Below, piece after piece: positions 54,679 to 64,000 of a stretch of DNA of 64,000 nucleotides. The notes beneath the pieces were generated by a model, which had not been told where the DNA came from, did not search any database, and saw only the letters and a program-made list of their open reading frames with translations. The DNA lies in the NCBI GenBank assembly GCA_025453445.1, contig JALOQJ010000006.1, forward strand, positions 2,308-66,307, read 5' to 3'. Made by a program: the position numbers and the translations under genes. Within the stretch, counting starts at the first letter, position 1, and every line of letters starts with the position of its first letter. This DNA comes from Candidatus Omnitrophota bacterium (GTDB taxonomy: Bacteria; Omnitrophota; Gorgyraeia; Gygaellales; Profunditerraquicolaceae).

Positions 54679-55839
54679 ATGGCAGAGTGGATAGGTATAG
54701 GCAGGCGTGCACGCAGGTGTTATGGTTTTGATGAAATTGCCCTGGTGCCAGGAGCACAAACAATCAATCCTAATGAAGTCGATACCAGCTTTAAAATAGA
54801 CGGTAAAAAATTTAATGTCCCGATTATGGCTGCTGCCATGGATGGAGTAGTAGATGTAAACTTTGCCGTTGCAATGTCCAAATTGGGGGGAATTGCCGTA
54901 TTGAACCTTGACGGTATACAGACCCGCTATGAAAATCCGGATGTTGTCTTAGAGAAAATTTCCCATACTTCTGCTGAAGAAGCCACAACTTTAATCCAAT
55001 CAATTTATACCACCCCAGTCAAAGAAAAATTAATCGCCAAAAGAATTAAGCAAATTAAGGAAAAAGGCGGCATTGCAGCCCTTAGCTGTATTCCTGCTCA
55101 TGCGGAGAAATTTGGTAAAATCGCCATGCAGAATAACGCGGATATCTTCATCGTCCAGTCTACTGTCACCACAACAAAACACGTTTCTCGTGAATATAAA
55201 ACCTTGGACCTGGCTAAGTTCTGTAAATCAATGAAAATACCCGTAATTCTGGGTAATTGTGTAACTTATGAAACTACGCTTGAACTTATGCAGATCGGCG
55301 CCAGCGGCCTGTTAATCGGCATTGGCCCAGGAGCAGCCTGCACTACCCGCGGAGTATTAGGCATAGGCGTACCTCAGGTAACCGCAACAGTTGATGCTGC
55401 AGGAGCAAGGGATTTTCATTTTAAACGTACAGGAAAATACATCCCGATTATTACTGACGGAGGTATGAACCGCGGAGGCGATATCTGCAAGGCATTTGCC
55501 GCAGGCGCTGACGCAGTAATGATTGGTTCAAGTTTTGCTCACGCCAAAGAAGCGCCTGGCCGCGGCTACCACTGGGGAATGGCAACATCGCATGTAAATC
55601 TTCCCCGCGGAACGCGTATCCGCGTAGGGACAACAGGCACATTAAAAGATATCCTTTTCGGGCCGGCCAAAGTAGATGACGGCTCACAGAACTTAATGGG
55701 CGCATTAAAAACTTCGATGGGCTCATTAGGCGCTGGCACAATCAAACAAATGCATGACGTGGAGATTATTATCGCTCCTTCAATACAAACAGAAGGAAAA
55801 ATCTTCCAGGTCGGCCAAAGAGTAGGAATGGGTAAATAA
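54679..55839 (+). CDS. IMP dehydrogenase/GMP reductase family protein lacking CBS (Bateman) domains
   Basis: IALVPGAQT...PIMAAAMDGV N-terminal pattern; catalytic Cys loop GIGPGAACTTRGVLGIGVPQ; 386 aa; upstream of guaA. Confidence 0.75.
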   Translation: MAEWIGIGRRARRCYGFDEIALVPGAQTINPNEVDTSFKIDGKKFNVPIMAAAMDGVVDVNFAVAMSKLGGIAVLNLDGIQTRYENPDVVLEKISHTSAEEATTLIQSIYTTPVKEKLIAKRIKQIKEKGGIAALSCIPAHAEKFGKIAMQNNADIFIVQSTVTTTKHVSREYKTLDLAKFCKSMKIPVILGNCVTYETTLELMQIGASGLLIGIGPGAACTTRGVLGIGVPQVTATVDAAGARDFHFKRTGKYIPIITDGGMNRGGDICKAFAAGADAVMIGSSFAHAKEAPGRGYHWGMATSHVNLPRGTRIRVGTTGTLKDILFGPAKVDDGSQNLMGALKTSMGSLGAGTIKQMHDVEIIIAPSIQTEGKIFQVGQRVGMGK

Positions 55840-55900
55840 AATTAAGACTAAAACTAAAATAAAAACTAGAGGCAAAACGAAAAAAACAGAAGGAAAGCCA

Positions 55901-57439
55901 ATGCGCCAGACTATTTATATTCTGGATTTTGGCTCACAATACACACAACTGATTGCTCGCAGAGTTAGAGAGAATAAAGTTTTTTCTAAAATCATTCCCT
56001 TTAATACCCCGGCAAAAGAAATTGCAGCACTCAATCCAAAAGGATTAATTTTATCCGGAGGCCCTGCATCAGTAACCCAAAAAAAAAGCCCGCTTCCCGA
56101 TAAAGGTATTTTTAAATTAGGTATACCGATTTTAGGCGTTTGCTACGGCATGCAGGTAATTACAGAGATGCTCGGTGGAAAAGTAAAAAATACAAAATCT
56201 CGTGAATTTGGCAAAGCCGAATTATTTATTGATGATAACCACGATCTCTTCAGCCATATGCCGGGAAATTTTACCTGTTGGGCAAGCCACGGAGATTATA
56301 TCAGTAAACTTCCTCAGGGTTTCCGCACCAGCGCGCACACGATGAATGCGCCGATGGCAGCAGTTTCCAACAGGCAGCGTAAAATTTACGGCGTGCAGTT
56401 TCACCCGGAAGTAACTCATACCGACAAAGGAAACCAGATTATCGGCAACTTTCTTTTTAAAATCTGCGGCTGCTTCTCGCGCTGGACAATGCAGTCATTT
56501 GTGAAAGAAATAATCGAAAATATCAAAAAAACAGCAGGAAATGATAAGGTAGTCCTTGGCTTAAGCGGCGGAGTAGATTCTTCAGTAGCGGCAATATTAC
56601 TTCATCGGGCGATCGGTAAGAATGTTCGGTGTATTTTTATCGACAATGGCCTCTTAAGAAAAGACGAACCGCAGCAGATAAAAAATGTTTTTCGCGATAT
56701 GTACCATTTAAATTTAGACTATGTGGATAGAAGCAAGAGATTTCTCACCCGGCTTAAGGGAATTACTGACCCGGAAGAAAAAAGAAAAATTATCGGAGAC
56801 GAATTTGTAAAGATTTTTGAAGAAGAGGCGGATAAGGTAAGGGGCGTAAAATTTCTCGCCCAGGGGACATTATACCCGGACGTGATTGAATCTATTTCGC
56901 CGACTGGTGCGCCTTCAAGCAAAATCAAAAGCCATCATAATGTCGGCGGCTTGCCGGCTCACATGAAATTAAAACTCATTGAGCCTCTGCGGGATTTATT
57001 TAAAGACGAAGTACGCGCCATCGGCAGGGAATTAAGCCTGCCTGATGCAATTATTATGCGCCAGCCATTTCCCGGCCCGGGATTATCCATCCGGATCATC
57101 GGAGAAATTACCCCTGAACGCCTGGAATTATTGCGCGAGGTTGACCAAAGAGTATTCGACGAAATTAAAAAAGCCGGGCTTTACGAACAAATCTGGCAGT
57201 CTTTTGCCATACTCCTGCCAATAAAAAGCGTGGGGGTTATGGGAGACGAACGGACTTATGAAAATGTCGTAGCTATCCGCTGCGTCACATCCCTCGACGG
57301 AATGACCGCAGATTGGGTAAGGCTTCCTTATGAAATTATGGAAAAAATTTCCAACCGCATCATTAACGAAGTAAAAGGCGTTAACCGCGTAGTTTACGAT
57401 ATCAGCTCCAAACCGCCCGCAACCATAGAGTGGGAATAA
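55901..57439 (+). CDS. guaA: GMP synthase (glutamine-hydrolysing)
   Basis: GATase domain (GVCYGMQ), PP-loop SGGVDSSV, C-terminal dimerisation domain; 512 aa. Confidence 0.95.
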   Translation: MRQTIYILDFGSQYTQLIARRVRENKVFSKIIPFNTPAKEIAALNPKGLILSGGPASVTQKKSPLPDKGIFKLGIPILGVCYGMQVITEMLGGKVKNTKSREFGKAELFIDDNHDLFSHMPGNFTCWASHGDYISKLPQGFRTSAHTMNAPMAAVSNRQRKIYGVQFHPEVTHTDKGNQIIGNFLFKICGCFSRWTMQSFVKEIIENIKKTAGNDKVVLGLSGGVDSSVAAILLHRAIGKNVRCIFIDNGLLRKDEPQQIKNVFRDMYHLNLDYVDRSKRFLTRLKGITDPEEKRKIIGDEFVKIFEEEADKVRGVKFLAQGTLYPDVIESISPTGAPSSKIKSHHNVGGLPAHMKLKLIEPLRDLFKDEVRAIGRELSLPDAIIMRQPFPGPGLSIRIIGEITPERLELLREVDQRVFDEIKKAGLYEQIWQSFAILLPIKSVGVMGDERTYENVVAIRCVTSLDGMTADWVRLPYEIMEKISNRIINEVKGVNRVVYDISSKPPATIEWE

Positions 57440-57449
57440 CGGAGGCAGT

Positions 57450-60400
57450 ATGCCTCATTCTGATTTTGTCCACCTCCATCTACACACACAGTTCAGTTTA
57501 CTTGACGGCGCCTGCCGTATACATGAACTCCTGCAATTAGCAAGCCAATATAAAATGGATTCTCTGGCAATTACCGACCATGGCAACATGTTCGGTGCCA
57601 TTGATTTTTACCTTGAAGCACAAAAAGCCGGAGTTAAACCAATTATCGGATGCGAAACCTATGTCGCGCCAAAGAGTCGGCTGGAAAAAACCCTTCAGGG
57701 AGTAGAAGAAGCGTCAAATCATTTAATACTCCTGGCAAAAAATGAAACCGGATACCGTAATTTAATGAAACTGGTATCTTTAGCCTACCTAGAAGGTTTT
57801 TATTACAAGCCGCGCATTGATAAAGAAATCCTTGCGCAATATAAAGAAGGCTTAATCGGCATGACTGCCTGCCTGAAAGGCGAAGTTCCCAGCCTGCTGC
57901 GGCAGAAACGCTACAACGATGCTTTGAAATCTGCCGATGAATTTGCCAGTATTCTCGGAAAAAATAATTTTTACCTTGAGCTGCAGGAAAACATGATCCC
58001 TGAACAAACAATAGTTAATGAAGGCCTGGTAAAAATTTCTAAAGAATTGAAACTTCCTTTAGTTGCCACTAATGACGTACATTACTTAATGCGCGAGCAT
58101 GCCTTAAGCCATGAAGCGCTTCTTTGTATCCAGACTCAAACTACCCTCGATGACCCGAACCGGATGAAGCTGCAGACCAATGAATTTTATTTCAAATCGC
58201 CAGCAGAAATGAAAAAACTTTTCAGCTGGTGCCCGGAAGCAATTGCAAATACCGTAGAAATTGCCAGCCGCTGTAATTTAGAATTGGATTTTTCTTCCAT
58301 ACATTTACCTAAATATGATCCGCCGAAAAATCAGACTAAAGAGGCATTTCTTAAGGAATTGTGCCAGCGCGGCCTCGAAAAACGTTTTGGCTCAGCTATC
58401 AATAACACAATACAAGAACGCCTTGAACACGAACTTAAAATTATCCAAGATATGGGTTTTACCAGTTACTTTTTAATAGTCTGGGATTTTATTCATTATG
58501 CTAAAGCTAAGGGTATTCCTGTTGGCCCGGGGAGAGGCAGTGCTGCAGGCAGCCTGGTAAGCTATCTTTTGGGGATTACCGACATCAATCCTCTGCAATA
58601 CGGCTTGCTTTTTGAAAGATTCCTTAATCCTGAACGGCTGGGTTTGCCGGATATCGACATTGATTTCTGTTACGAACGCCGGCAGGAAGTAATTGATTAT
58701 GTGACCAAAAAATACGGCAGGGAAAACGTTGCACAAATTATTACTTTCGGAACAATGCAGGCACGCGCTGTAGTCAGGGATGTTGGCAGAGTAATGGGCA
58801 TTGCCTATGCTGATGTTGACCGGCTGGCTAAAATGATCCCTCCTGATCCAAATATGACCCTGAAAGATACCTTAGCCCAAGAGATTGAATTAAACACACT
58901 TTATAAAACTGATTCTCAGATTACACAGCTCTTAAATACCGCTATAGCACTAGAAGGATTAAACCGGCATGCTTCCATACACGCTGCTGGCGTAGTCATT
59001 TCTGATAAACCCCTCGATACCTACAGCCCATTATTCAAAACCCAGGACGATCAGATTACTACCGGATACAGTATGGGCGCATTGGATAAAATAGGCCTTT
59101 TAAAAATGGACTTTTTAGGCCTGCGCACCCTGACCGTTATTGACCAAACGTTAAAAATTACTAAAAAAACTAGGAATAAAGTCGTAGATATCGAATGCAT
59201 ACCCCTTGATGATCCCAATACTTATAAACTTCTATGCGCTGCTCATACTATCGGAATATTTCAGGTAGAAAGCTCCGGCATGCGCGACCTGCTAAAGAAA
59301 CTTGAGCCAGAACGTTTTGAAGATTTAATCGCGCTTTTAGCATTATACCGTCCGGGCCCGATTGGCTCAGGTATGCTTGACGATTTTATCCAACGTAAAC
59401 ATAACCTTATTCCGGTAAGGTACGAGCACCCAAAACTCGAGACTGTGTTAAAAGAAACTTATGGAATTATGGTCTACCAGGAACAAATCATGCAGATTGC
59501 TTCTGTGTTGGCAGGCTTTAGCCTTGCTCAAGCAGATATTCTACGTAAAGCAATGGGCAAAAAAATTCCCGAGGTAATGGAAAAACAGAGAAAAAATTTC
59601 GTCCATGGCTGTATAAAAAACGAAATCAGAGAATCAACAGCCACTAAAATATTTGACTTAATTGAATATTTCAGCGGATATGGTTTTAACAAAAGCCATA
59701 GTGCAGCATACGCTTTAATTTCCTACCGTACAGCATATCTGAAGGCAAATTATCCGGTAGAATTCATGTGCGCTTTGCTTACTTCAGAACGCGATAATAC
59801 CGATAAAATAGTCGAGTATGTTAATGAAGCTGAACACATGGGAATTACGATTTTACCGCCTGATATTAACGAAAGTGATGCCTTATTCAAAGTTATAGAC
59901 GATAAAACTATCCGTTTCGGGATGCTGGCGATAAAAAATGTAGGCGCCGGCGCCATTGAATCAATTATTGAAGCAAGAAAAAAAGAAAAAGTTACTTCCC
60001 TGGAACAATTATGCGAAAATCTTGATCTACGTTTAGTAAATAAAAAAGTTTTAGAAAGCCTGATTAAATGCGGAGCACTGGACTATTTCGGACAACCGCG
60101 AGCCCAGATGGTGGCGGGCCTGGAAAAGATCCTCGAACATTCTTCAAGAACGCAGAAAGAGCGCTCAAAAGGGCAGCTTTCATTCTTTGACTCAGGACCG
60201 ACAAGCCAAAACGGTTTTATAAATGCCCGGCTTGACCTACCGTCAATCAAAGAATGGCCTGAACCGCAGATTTTGGCCTTTGAAAAAGAAATGCTTGGGT
60301 TTTATGTTTCCGGCCATCCTTTAGCACGCTATGCAGGGCAATTAAAAAGATTCGCATCCACTACTATCGGCAATATCAGCCTGCATCATGATGATGATGA

Positions 60401-60890
60401 AGTAAAAATTGTCTGCCTGATTGCCAAGATTAAACAAACATTGACCCGCGCCAAGCAGGAAAAAATGGCGATTTTAAAGCTGGAAGATTTGGAGGGCATC
60501 GTAGAAGCACTGGTTTTTCCGCAGGCATTCCAGAAAGTATCACGTTACATTCTGCCTAATGCCGTAGTCTTAGTCACGGGAAGGCTGAATCTCAAGGAAG
60601 ATACTCCTAAAATCATCGTTAATGACCTCCTACCAATGGATGCTGCCTATAAACTTATCACAGGAATGAACATTAATCTTTCAGGCATGCAGGAAAACCT
60701 TTTTCTTTCTTTGAAAGAACTGCTCCTTTCTAATACAGGCAGAACTCCGGTATATCTGCATTTAAATACACCTGCCAAATCCCGGGTGCAATTGGTGGTA
60801 GGCGAAAACCTCTACGTCAACCCATCTGAAAAATTGATTCAAGATGTCATAGATTTACTGGGAGAAGAAAAACTATCCCTGGTAATTTAG
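57450..60890 (+). CDS. dnaE: DNA polymerase III alpha subunit
   Basis: PHP domain (HLHLHTQFSLLDGA), polymerase core, OB fold; 1146 aa. Confidence 0.95.
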   Translation: MPHSDFVHLHLHTQFSLLDGACRIHELLQLASQYKMDSLAITDHGNMFGAIDFYLEAQKAGVKPIIGCETYVAPKSRLEKTLQGVEEASNHLILLAKNETGYRNLMKLVSLAYLEGFYYKPRIDKEILAQYKEGLIGMTACLKGEVPSLLRQKRYNDALKSADEFASILGKNNFYLELQENMIPEQTIVNEGLVKISKELKLPLVATNDVHYLMREHALSHEALLCIQTQTTLDDPNRMKLQTNEFYFKSPAEMKKLFSWCPEAIANTVEIASRCNLELDFSSIHLPKYDPPKNQTKEAFLKELCQRGLEKRFGSAINNTIQERLEHELKIIQDMGFTSYFLIVWDFIHYAKAKGIPVGPGRGSAAGSLVSYLLGITDINPLQYGLLFERFLNPERLGLPDIDIDFCYERRQEVIDYVTKKYGRENVAQIITFGTMQARAVVRDVGRVMGIAYADVDRLAKMIPPDPNMTLKDTLAQEIELNTLYKTDSQITQLLNTAIALEGLNRHASIHAAGVVISDKPLDTYSPLFKTQDDQITTGYSMGALDKIGLLKMDFLGLRTLTVIDQTLKITKKTRNKVVDIECIPLDDPNTYKLLCAAHTIGIFQVESSGMRDLLKKLEPERFEDLIALLALYRPGPIGSGMLDDFIQRKHNLIPVRYEHPKLETVLKETYGIMVYQEQIMQIASVLAGFSLAQADILRKAMGKKIPEVMEKQRKNFVHGCIKNEIRESTATKIFDLIEYFSGYGFNKSHSAAYALISYRTAYLKANYPVEFMCALLTSERDNTDKIVEYVNEAEHMGITILPPDINESDALFKVIDDKTIRFGMLAIKNVGAGAIESIIEARKKEKVTSLEQLCENLDLRLVNKKVLESLIKCGALDYFGQPRAQMVAGLEKILEHSSRTQKERSKGQLSFFDSGPTSQNGFINARLDLPSIKEWPEPQILAFEKEMLGFYVSGHPLARYAGQLKRFASTTIGNISLHHDDDEVKIVCLIAKIKQTLTRAKQEKMAILKLEDLEGIVEALVFPQAFQKVSRYILPNAVVLVTGRLNLKEDTPKIIVNDLLPMDAAYKLITGMNINLSGMQENLFLSLKELLLSNTGRTPVYLHLNTPAKSRVQLVVGENLYVNPSEKLIQDVIDLLGEEKLSLVI

Positions 60891-60899
60891 ATTTTTCCC

Positions 60900-60926
60900 T
60901 TGACACTGTAAGCTTTTGGTTATAAT
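60900..60926 (+). promoter_or_regulatory. sigma70-like promoter upstream of hup
   Basis: TTGACA 60900-60905, TATAAT 60921-60926 (15-nt spacer; alternative TAATAT at 17 nt). Confidence 0.45.
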
Positions 60927-60966
60927 ATACTTACAACATAAAGGTAAGTTTATAAAGGAGAGGAAA

Positions 60967-61239
60967 ATGACTAAAAAAGATATAATCCTGAAGGTCTCTG
61001 ACGAAACCAATTTAAAACAGATAGATGTCAAAAAAGTAGTGCAGAAAACATTTGACTGTATACTCCAGGCATTAGTAAGGGGAGAAAAAATTGAGTTGCG
61101 TAATTTCGGGGTTTTTAAAATTAAACAAAGAAAAAGCCGCACCGGCAGAAATCCACGCACGGGCCAAGTAGTCCCTGTCCCGCCCAGAAAAGTAGTCGTC
61201 TTTAAACCTGGCTTGGAAATGAAACAGGAAATAAAATAA
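60967..61239 (+). CDS. hup: HU/IHF family DNA-binding protein
   Basis: MTKKDIILKVSDETNL...GEKIELRNFGVFKIKQRKSRTGRNPRTG; start set at ATG 60967 after SD AAGGAGAGG. Confidence 0.9.
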   Translation: MTKKDIILKVSDETNLKQIDVKKVVQKTFDCILQALVRGEKIELRNFGVFKIKQRKSRTGRNPRTGQVVPVPPRKVVVFKPGLEMKQEIK

Positions 61240-61271
61240 CCATTAAGACTCGCCTCTAAAAAAACTTACAT

Positions 61272-62513
61272 ATGTATAAAAGAGTTTCCGGAACAAAAGA
61301 TATTTTGCCTGATGAAGTCATTTGCTGGCAAAAAATAGAAGAAATCAGCCGAAGGATTTTTTCGCTTTATAATTATCAGGAAATCCGACCGCCGATTATT
61401 GAGGATGCCGGGCTTTTCAACCGCTCTTTGGGTGAATTTACGGAAATCGTCCAGAAACAGATGTTCCTGATCAAAAATCTGGAGGACACATATGCGCTTC
61501 GGCCTGAAGGCACTGCTTCAATAGTCCGCTGCTTTATTGAAAATAATCTTGATAAAACCAATGGCTTTGTAAAACTGTATTATATGGGCCCAATGTTCCG
61601 GCTGGAACGGCCGCAAAAGGGCCGCCTGCGCCAATTCCATCATATCGGCACTGAGGTAATCGGCTCAACCGCTCCAGAGGTAGACATAGAGGTAATTTCT
61701 CTCGCGGATGAACTCTTGAAGGCTTATTCGATTTCCGGATATAAGATTAAAATCAATAGTATTGGTTGCTCTAAAGACAAAAAAGCGTTGATTAGTACTA
61801 TCAATAAAAAATTGGAAGGCGAGCTTGAAAATCTCTGCGCAGACTGCAACGAAAGATTTAAACATAATGTTTTACGTATCCTAGATTGCAAAAATGAAGC
61901 CTGCCAGGCTGTAATTAACAAAATAGGCGTAGCCCACGAACACCTTTGCCCTGATTGCCTAAAACATTTCTCCGCAGTAAAACAAGGGCTCGACACCTTA
62001 AAAATCGAATACGAAGTATCACCGCTTTTGGTGCGTGGTCTTGACTATTACACCAGCACTGTATTTGAAATAAAACACCCTGATTTAGGGGCTCAAGATG
62101 CCGTTGGTGCGGGAGGTAGATACGATAACCTTGTCAAAGAACTGGGCGGTCCACAATTAGGGGCGGTCGGGTTCGCCTTTGGGGTAGAAAGATTACTTTT
62201 GGTCACAAAAATACAAGAACACATAGACACTAGTAAAAACTTAGTTTATGTTATAAGCTTAGGTGACGAAGCAAGAAAAGAAGGACTAAAGTTATTAAAT
62301 AGCTTGCGTAAGGAAGGAATTCCCAGTAGTACGGATTATGAGATTATGTCTTTAAAAGGTGCCATGCGTTCGGCAAATGATGCTGCGGCAAAATTTGTAG
62401 TAATTATTGGAGAGGATGAATTAAAGAAAAATGTTGTGATGCTAAAAAATATGCAGACTAGCGAACAAAAAGAAATCACACAAAAAGACTTAATTAAAGA
62501 ATTAAAATGTTAA
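61272..62513 (+). CDS. hisS: histidyl-tRNA synthetase
   Basis: Class II motifs; 413 aa. Confidence 0.9.
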   Translation: MYKRVSGTKDILPDEVICWQKIEEISRRIFSLYNYQEIRPPIIEDAGLFNRSLGEFTEIVQKQMFLIKNLEDTYALRPEGTASIVRCFIENNLDKTNGFVKLYYMGPMFRLERPQKGRLRQFHHIGTEVIGSTAPEVDIEVISLADELLKAYSISGYKIKINSIGCSKDKKALISTINKKLEGELENLCADCNERFKHNVLRILDCKNEACQAVINKIGVAHEHLCPDCLKHFSAVKQGLDTLKIEYEVSPLLVRGLDYYTSTVFEIKHPDLGAQDAVGAGGRYDNLVKELGGPQLGAVGFAFGVERLLLVTKIQEHIDTSKNLVYVISLGDEARKEGLKLLNSLRKEGIPSSTDYEIMSLKGAMRSANDAAAKFVVIIGEDELKKNVVMLKNMQTSEQKEITQKDLIKELKC

Positions 62514-63901
62514 GAACCCACACCTGCGGACAATTAAATGCAAACGAAGCCGGAAAAGAAGTTACCCTTTGCGGCTGGGTAGCCACGCGGCGCGACCATG
62601 GAAAATTGATTTTTATTGATTTGCGCGACCGTTACGGCCTGACACAAATTACTTTTATCCCGAGAGATGCCGGCGAATCTTATAAAGTAGCGCAGGATAT
62701 CCGCGCAGAGTATGTACTGAAGGTAACCGGAGTAGTGAACAAGCGGCCGGCGAATACTATTAACCAAAAAATGGCTACAGGCGAAATTGAAGTCCTGGCA
62801 AAAAATGTAGAAATTTTAAATTCCAGCCTCACTCCGCCTTTTGAAATTCAGGATGCGCTTGATGTTACCGAGGAAATGCGCCTAAAATACCGCTATCTTG
62901 ATTTAAGAAGAAAAAAGATCTTTGATAATTTCAGCTTAAGGCATACGGTTTATCGGGTAACACGCAATTTTCTCGACAGCCAAGGCTTTATTGAATCAGA
63001 AACACCGATTCTGACCAAATCTACTCCTGAAGGCGCGCGTGATTATCTTGTGCCGGCAAGGCTTTGTCCGGGTGAATTTTTCGCCTTACCGCAATCGCCG
63101 CAGCTGTTTAAACAAATTCTCATGGTTTCAGGAATTGATAAATACTATCAGATTGCCAAATGTTTCCGTGATGAAGACCTGCGTGCCGACCGCCAGCCCG
63201 AATTTACGCAGCTGGATCTAGAGATGTCTTTTCCGGATGAAAACGATATTTTCGCGATAATCGAACCACTGATAAAGCTGATTTTCAAAGAAGCTAAAGG
63301 AATGGAAATAAAAATTCCTTTTCCACGGATGAGTTACGCAGAGGCGCAACAAAAATACAATACCGACAAACCAGATTTAAGAAAAGATCAAAATACTGAA
63401 TTTGCTTTTTGCTGGCTGACTGATTTTCCTTTATTTAAATACAATACGGAAGAAAAACGCTGGGAGAGCGAGCATCATCCTTTTACAGCCCCGGCAACAG
63501 CAGATTTAGAAATACTCGAGAAATCTCCCGAAAAAGTAAAGTCGCGTTCCTATGACTTAGTTTTAAACGGCGTAGAATTAGGCTCAGGCTCAATCAGGAT
63601 ACACGATCAGAAACTGCAGGAAAGGATTTTTAAAATCATCGGGATCAAAAAAGAGGAGGCTGAAGCCCGCTTCGGCTTCCTTCTGGAAGCGTTTCTTTAC
63701 GGCGCTCCACCGCACGGCGGATTTGCTTTTGGCATGGACAGATTATTGGCAATTTTGGCGGGTGAAGCAAGCATCAGAGAAGTCATTGCTTTCCCTAAAA
63801 CCGCCAAAGGAATCTGCCCGTTAACCAGCGCGCCTTCAAGCGTAGATGAAAAACAATTAAAAGAATTAAACATCAACATTATAAAAAGGAGGAAGGAATG
63901 A
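62507..63901 (+). CDS. aspS: aspartyl-tRNA synthetase, short form lacking the bacterial GAD insertion (likely non-discriminating)
   Basis: N-terminal OB fold MLRTHTCGQL..., class II core, QSPQLFKQ motif; only 464 aa. Confidence 0.85.
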   Translation: MLRTHTCGQLNANEAGKEVTLCGWVATRRDHGKLIFIDLRDRYGLTQITFIPRDAGESYKVAQDIRAEYVLKVTGVVNKRPANTINQKMATGEIEVLAKNVEILNSSLTPPFEIQDALDVTEEMRLKYRYLDLRRKKIFDNFSLRHTVYRVTRNFLDSQGFIESETPILTKSTPEGARDYLVPARLCPGEFFALPQSPQLFKQILMVSGIDKYYQIAKCFRDEDLRADRQPEFTQLDLEMSFPDENDIFAIIEPLIKLIFKEAKGMEIKIPFPRMSYAEAQQKYNTDKPDLRKDQNTEFAFCWLTDFPLFKYNTEEKRWESEHHPFTAPATADLEILEKSPEKVKSRSYDLVLNGVELGSGSIRIHDQKLQERIFKIIGIKKEEAEARFGFLLEAFLYGAPPHGGFAFGMDRLLAILAGEASIREVIAFPKTAKGICPLTSAPSSVDEKQLKELNINIIKRRKE

Positions 63902-64000
63902 AGGGGCTAAAAATATTTTACTTACTGGGTTTGGCATTATGTTTTCTTTTGTCAGGATGCGTAGTGAGAACCTACGAGGCCACCAAAGACAGAGTAGACC
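63898..64000 (+). CDS. lipoprotein (partial, truncated by window end)
   Basis: MKGLKIFYLLGLALCFLLSGC signal peptide with lipobox; runs off the window. Confidence 0.5.
   Translation, partial: MKGLKIFYLLGLALCFLLSGCVVRTYEATKDRVD

Noticed and set aside
57450-60890. Possible intein or other insertion in dnaE
   Set aside because: The length (1146 aa) and continuous motif order match a normal DnaE, and no intein-like block was seen.

Overview
The window is a 64 kb chromosomal segment from an AT-rich (roughly 35-40% GC), apparently anaerobic bacterium. It is gene-dense, almost all on the + strand, and mostly housekeeping: gatCAB, tsaD, tilS, ftsH, folP, cdaA, pdxJ, acpS, gpsA, hom-thrC, lysC, cimA, valS, nadC, uvrB, coaX, groES-groEL, guaA, dnaE, hup, hisS-aspS. 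It also carries a Wood-Ljungdahl corrinoid module (acsC - RACo-like activator - cooC - acsD - acsE) next to an orphan larB, five tRNA genes (Met, Thr, Tyr, Gly, Pro) and several unusual non-coding elements. No CRISPR array, rRNA, integrase or transposase was recognised. The items most worth follow-up are: (1) a ~290-nt GC-rich, heavily base-paired non-coding element inside the acs cluster, directly upstream of a RACo-like gene whose conserved N-terminus is encoded before any canonical start codon; (2) a bactofilin::excisionase-HTH fusion gene next to a membrane-anchored HTH protein; (3) a ~54-nt repeat inserted in frame, twice, in valS; (4) a family of AT-rich palindromic intergenic repeats; (5) tRNA-linked tandem and perfect repeats; (6) a small Cys-rich secreted protein in an operon with a 1078-aa protein of unknown function; (7) a divergent ThyA-like gene translationally coupled to a PilZ gene. 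All calls are from reading the sequence and translations only; no database searches were possible.
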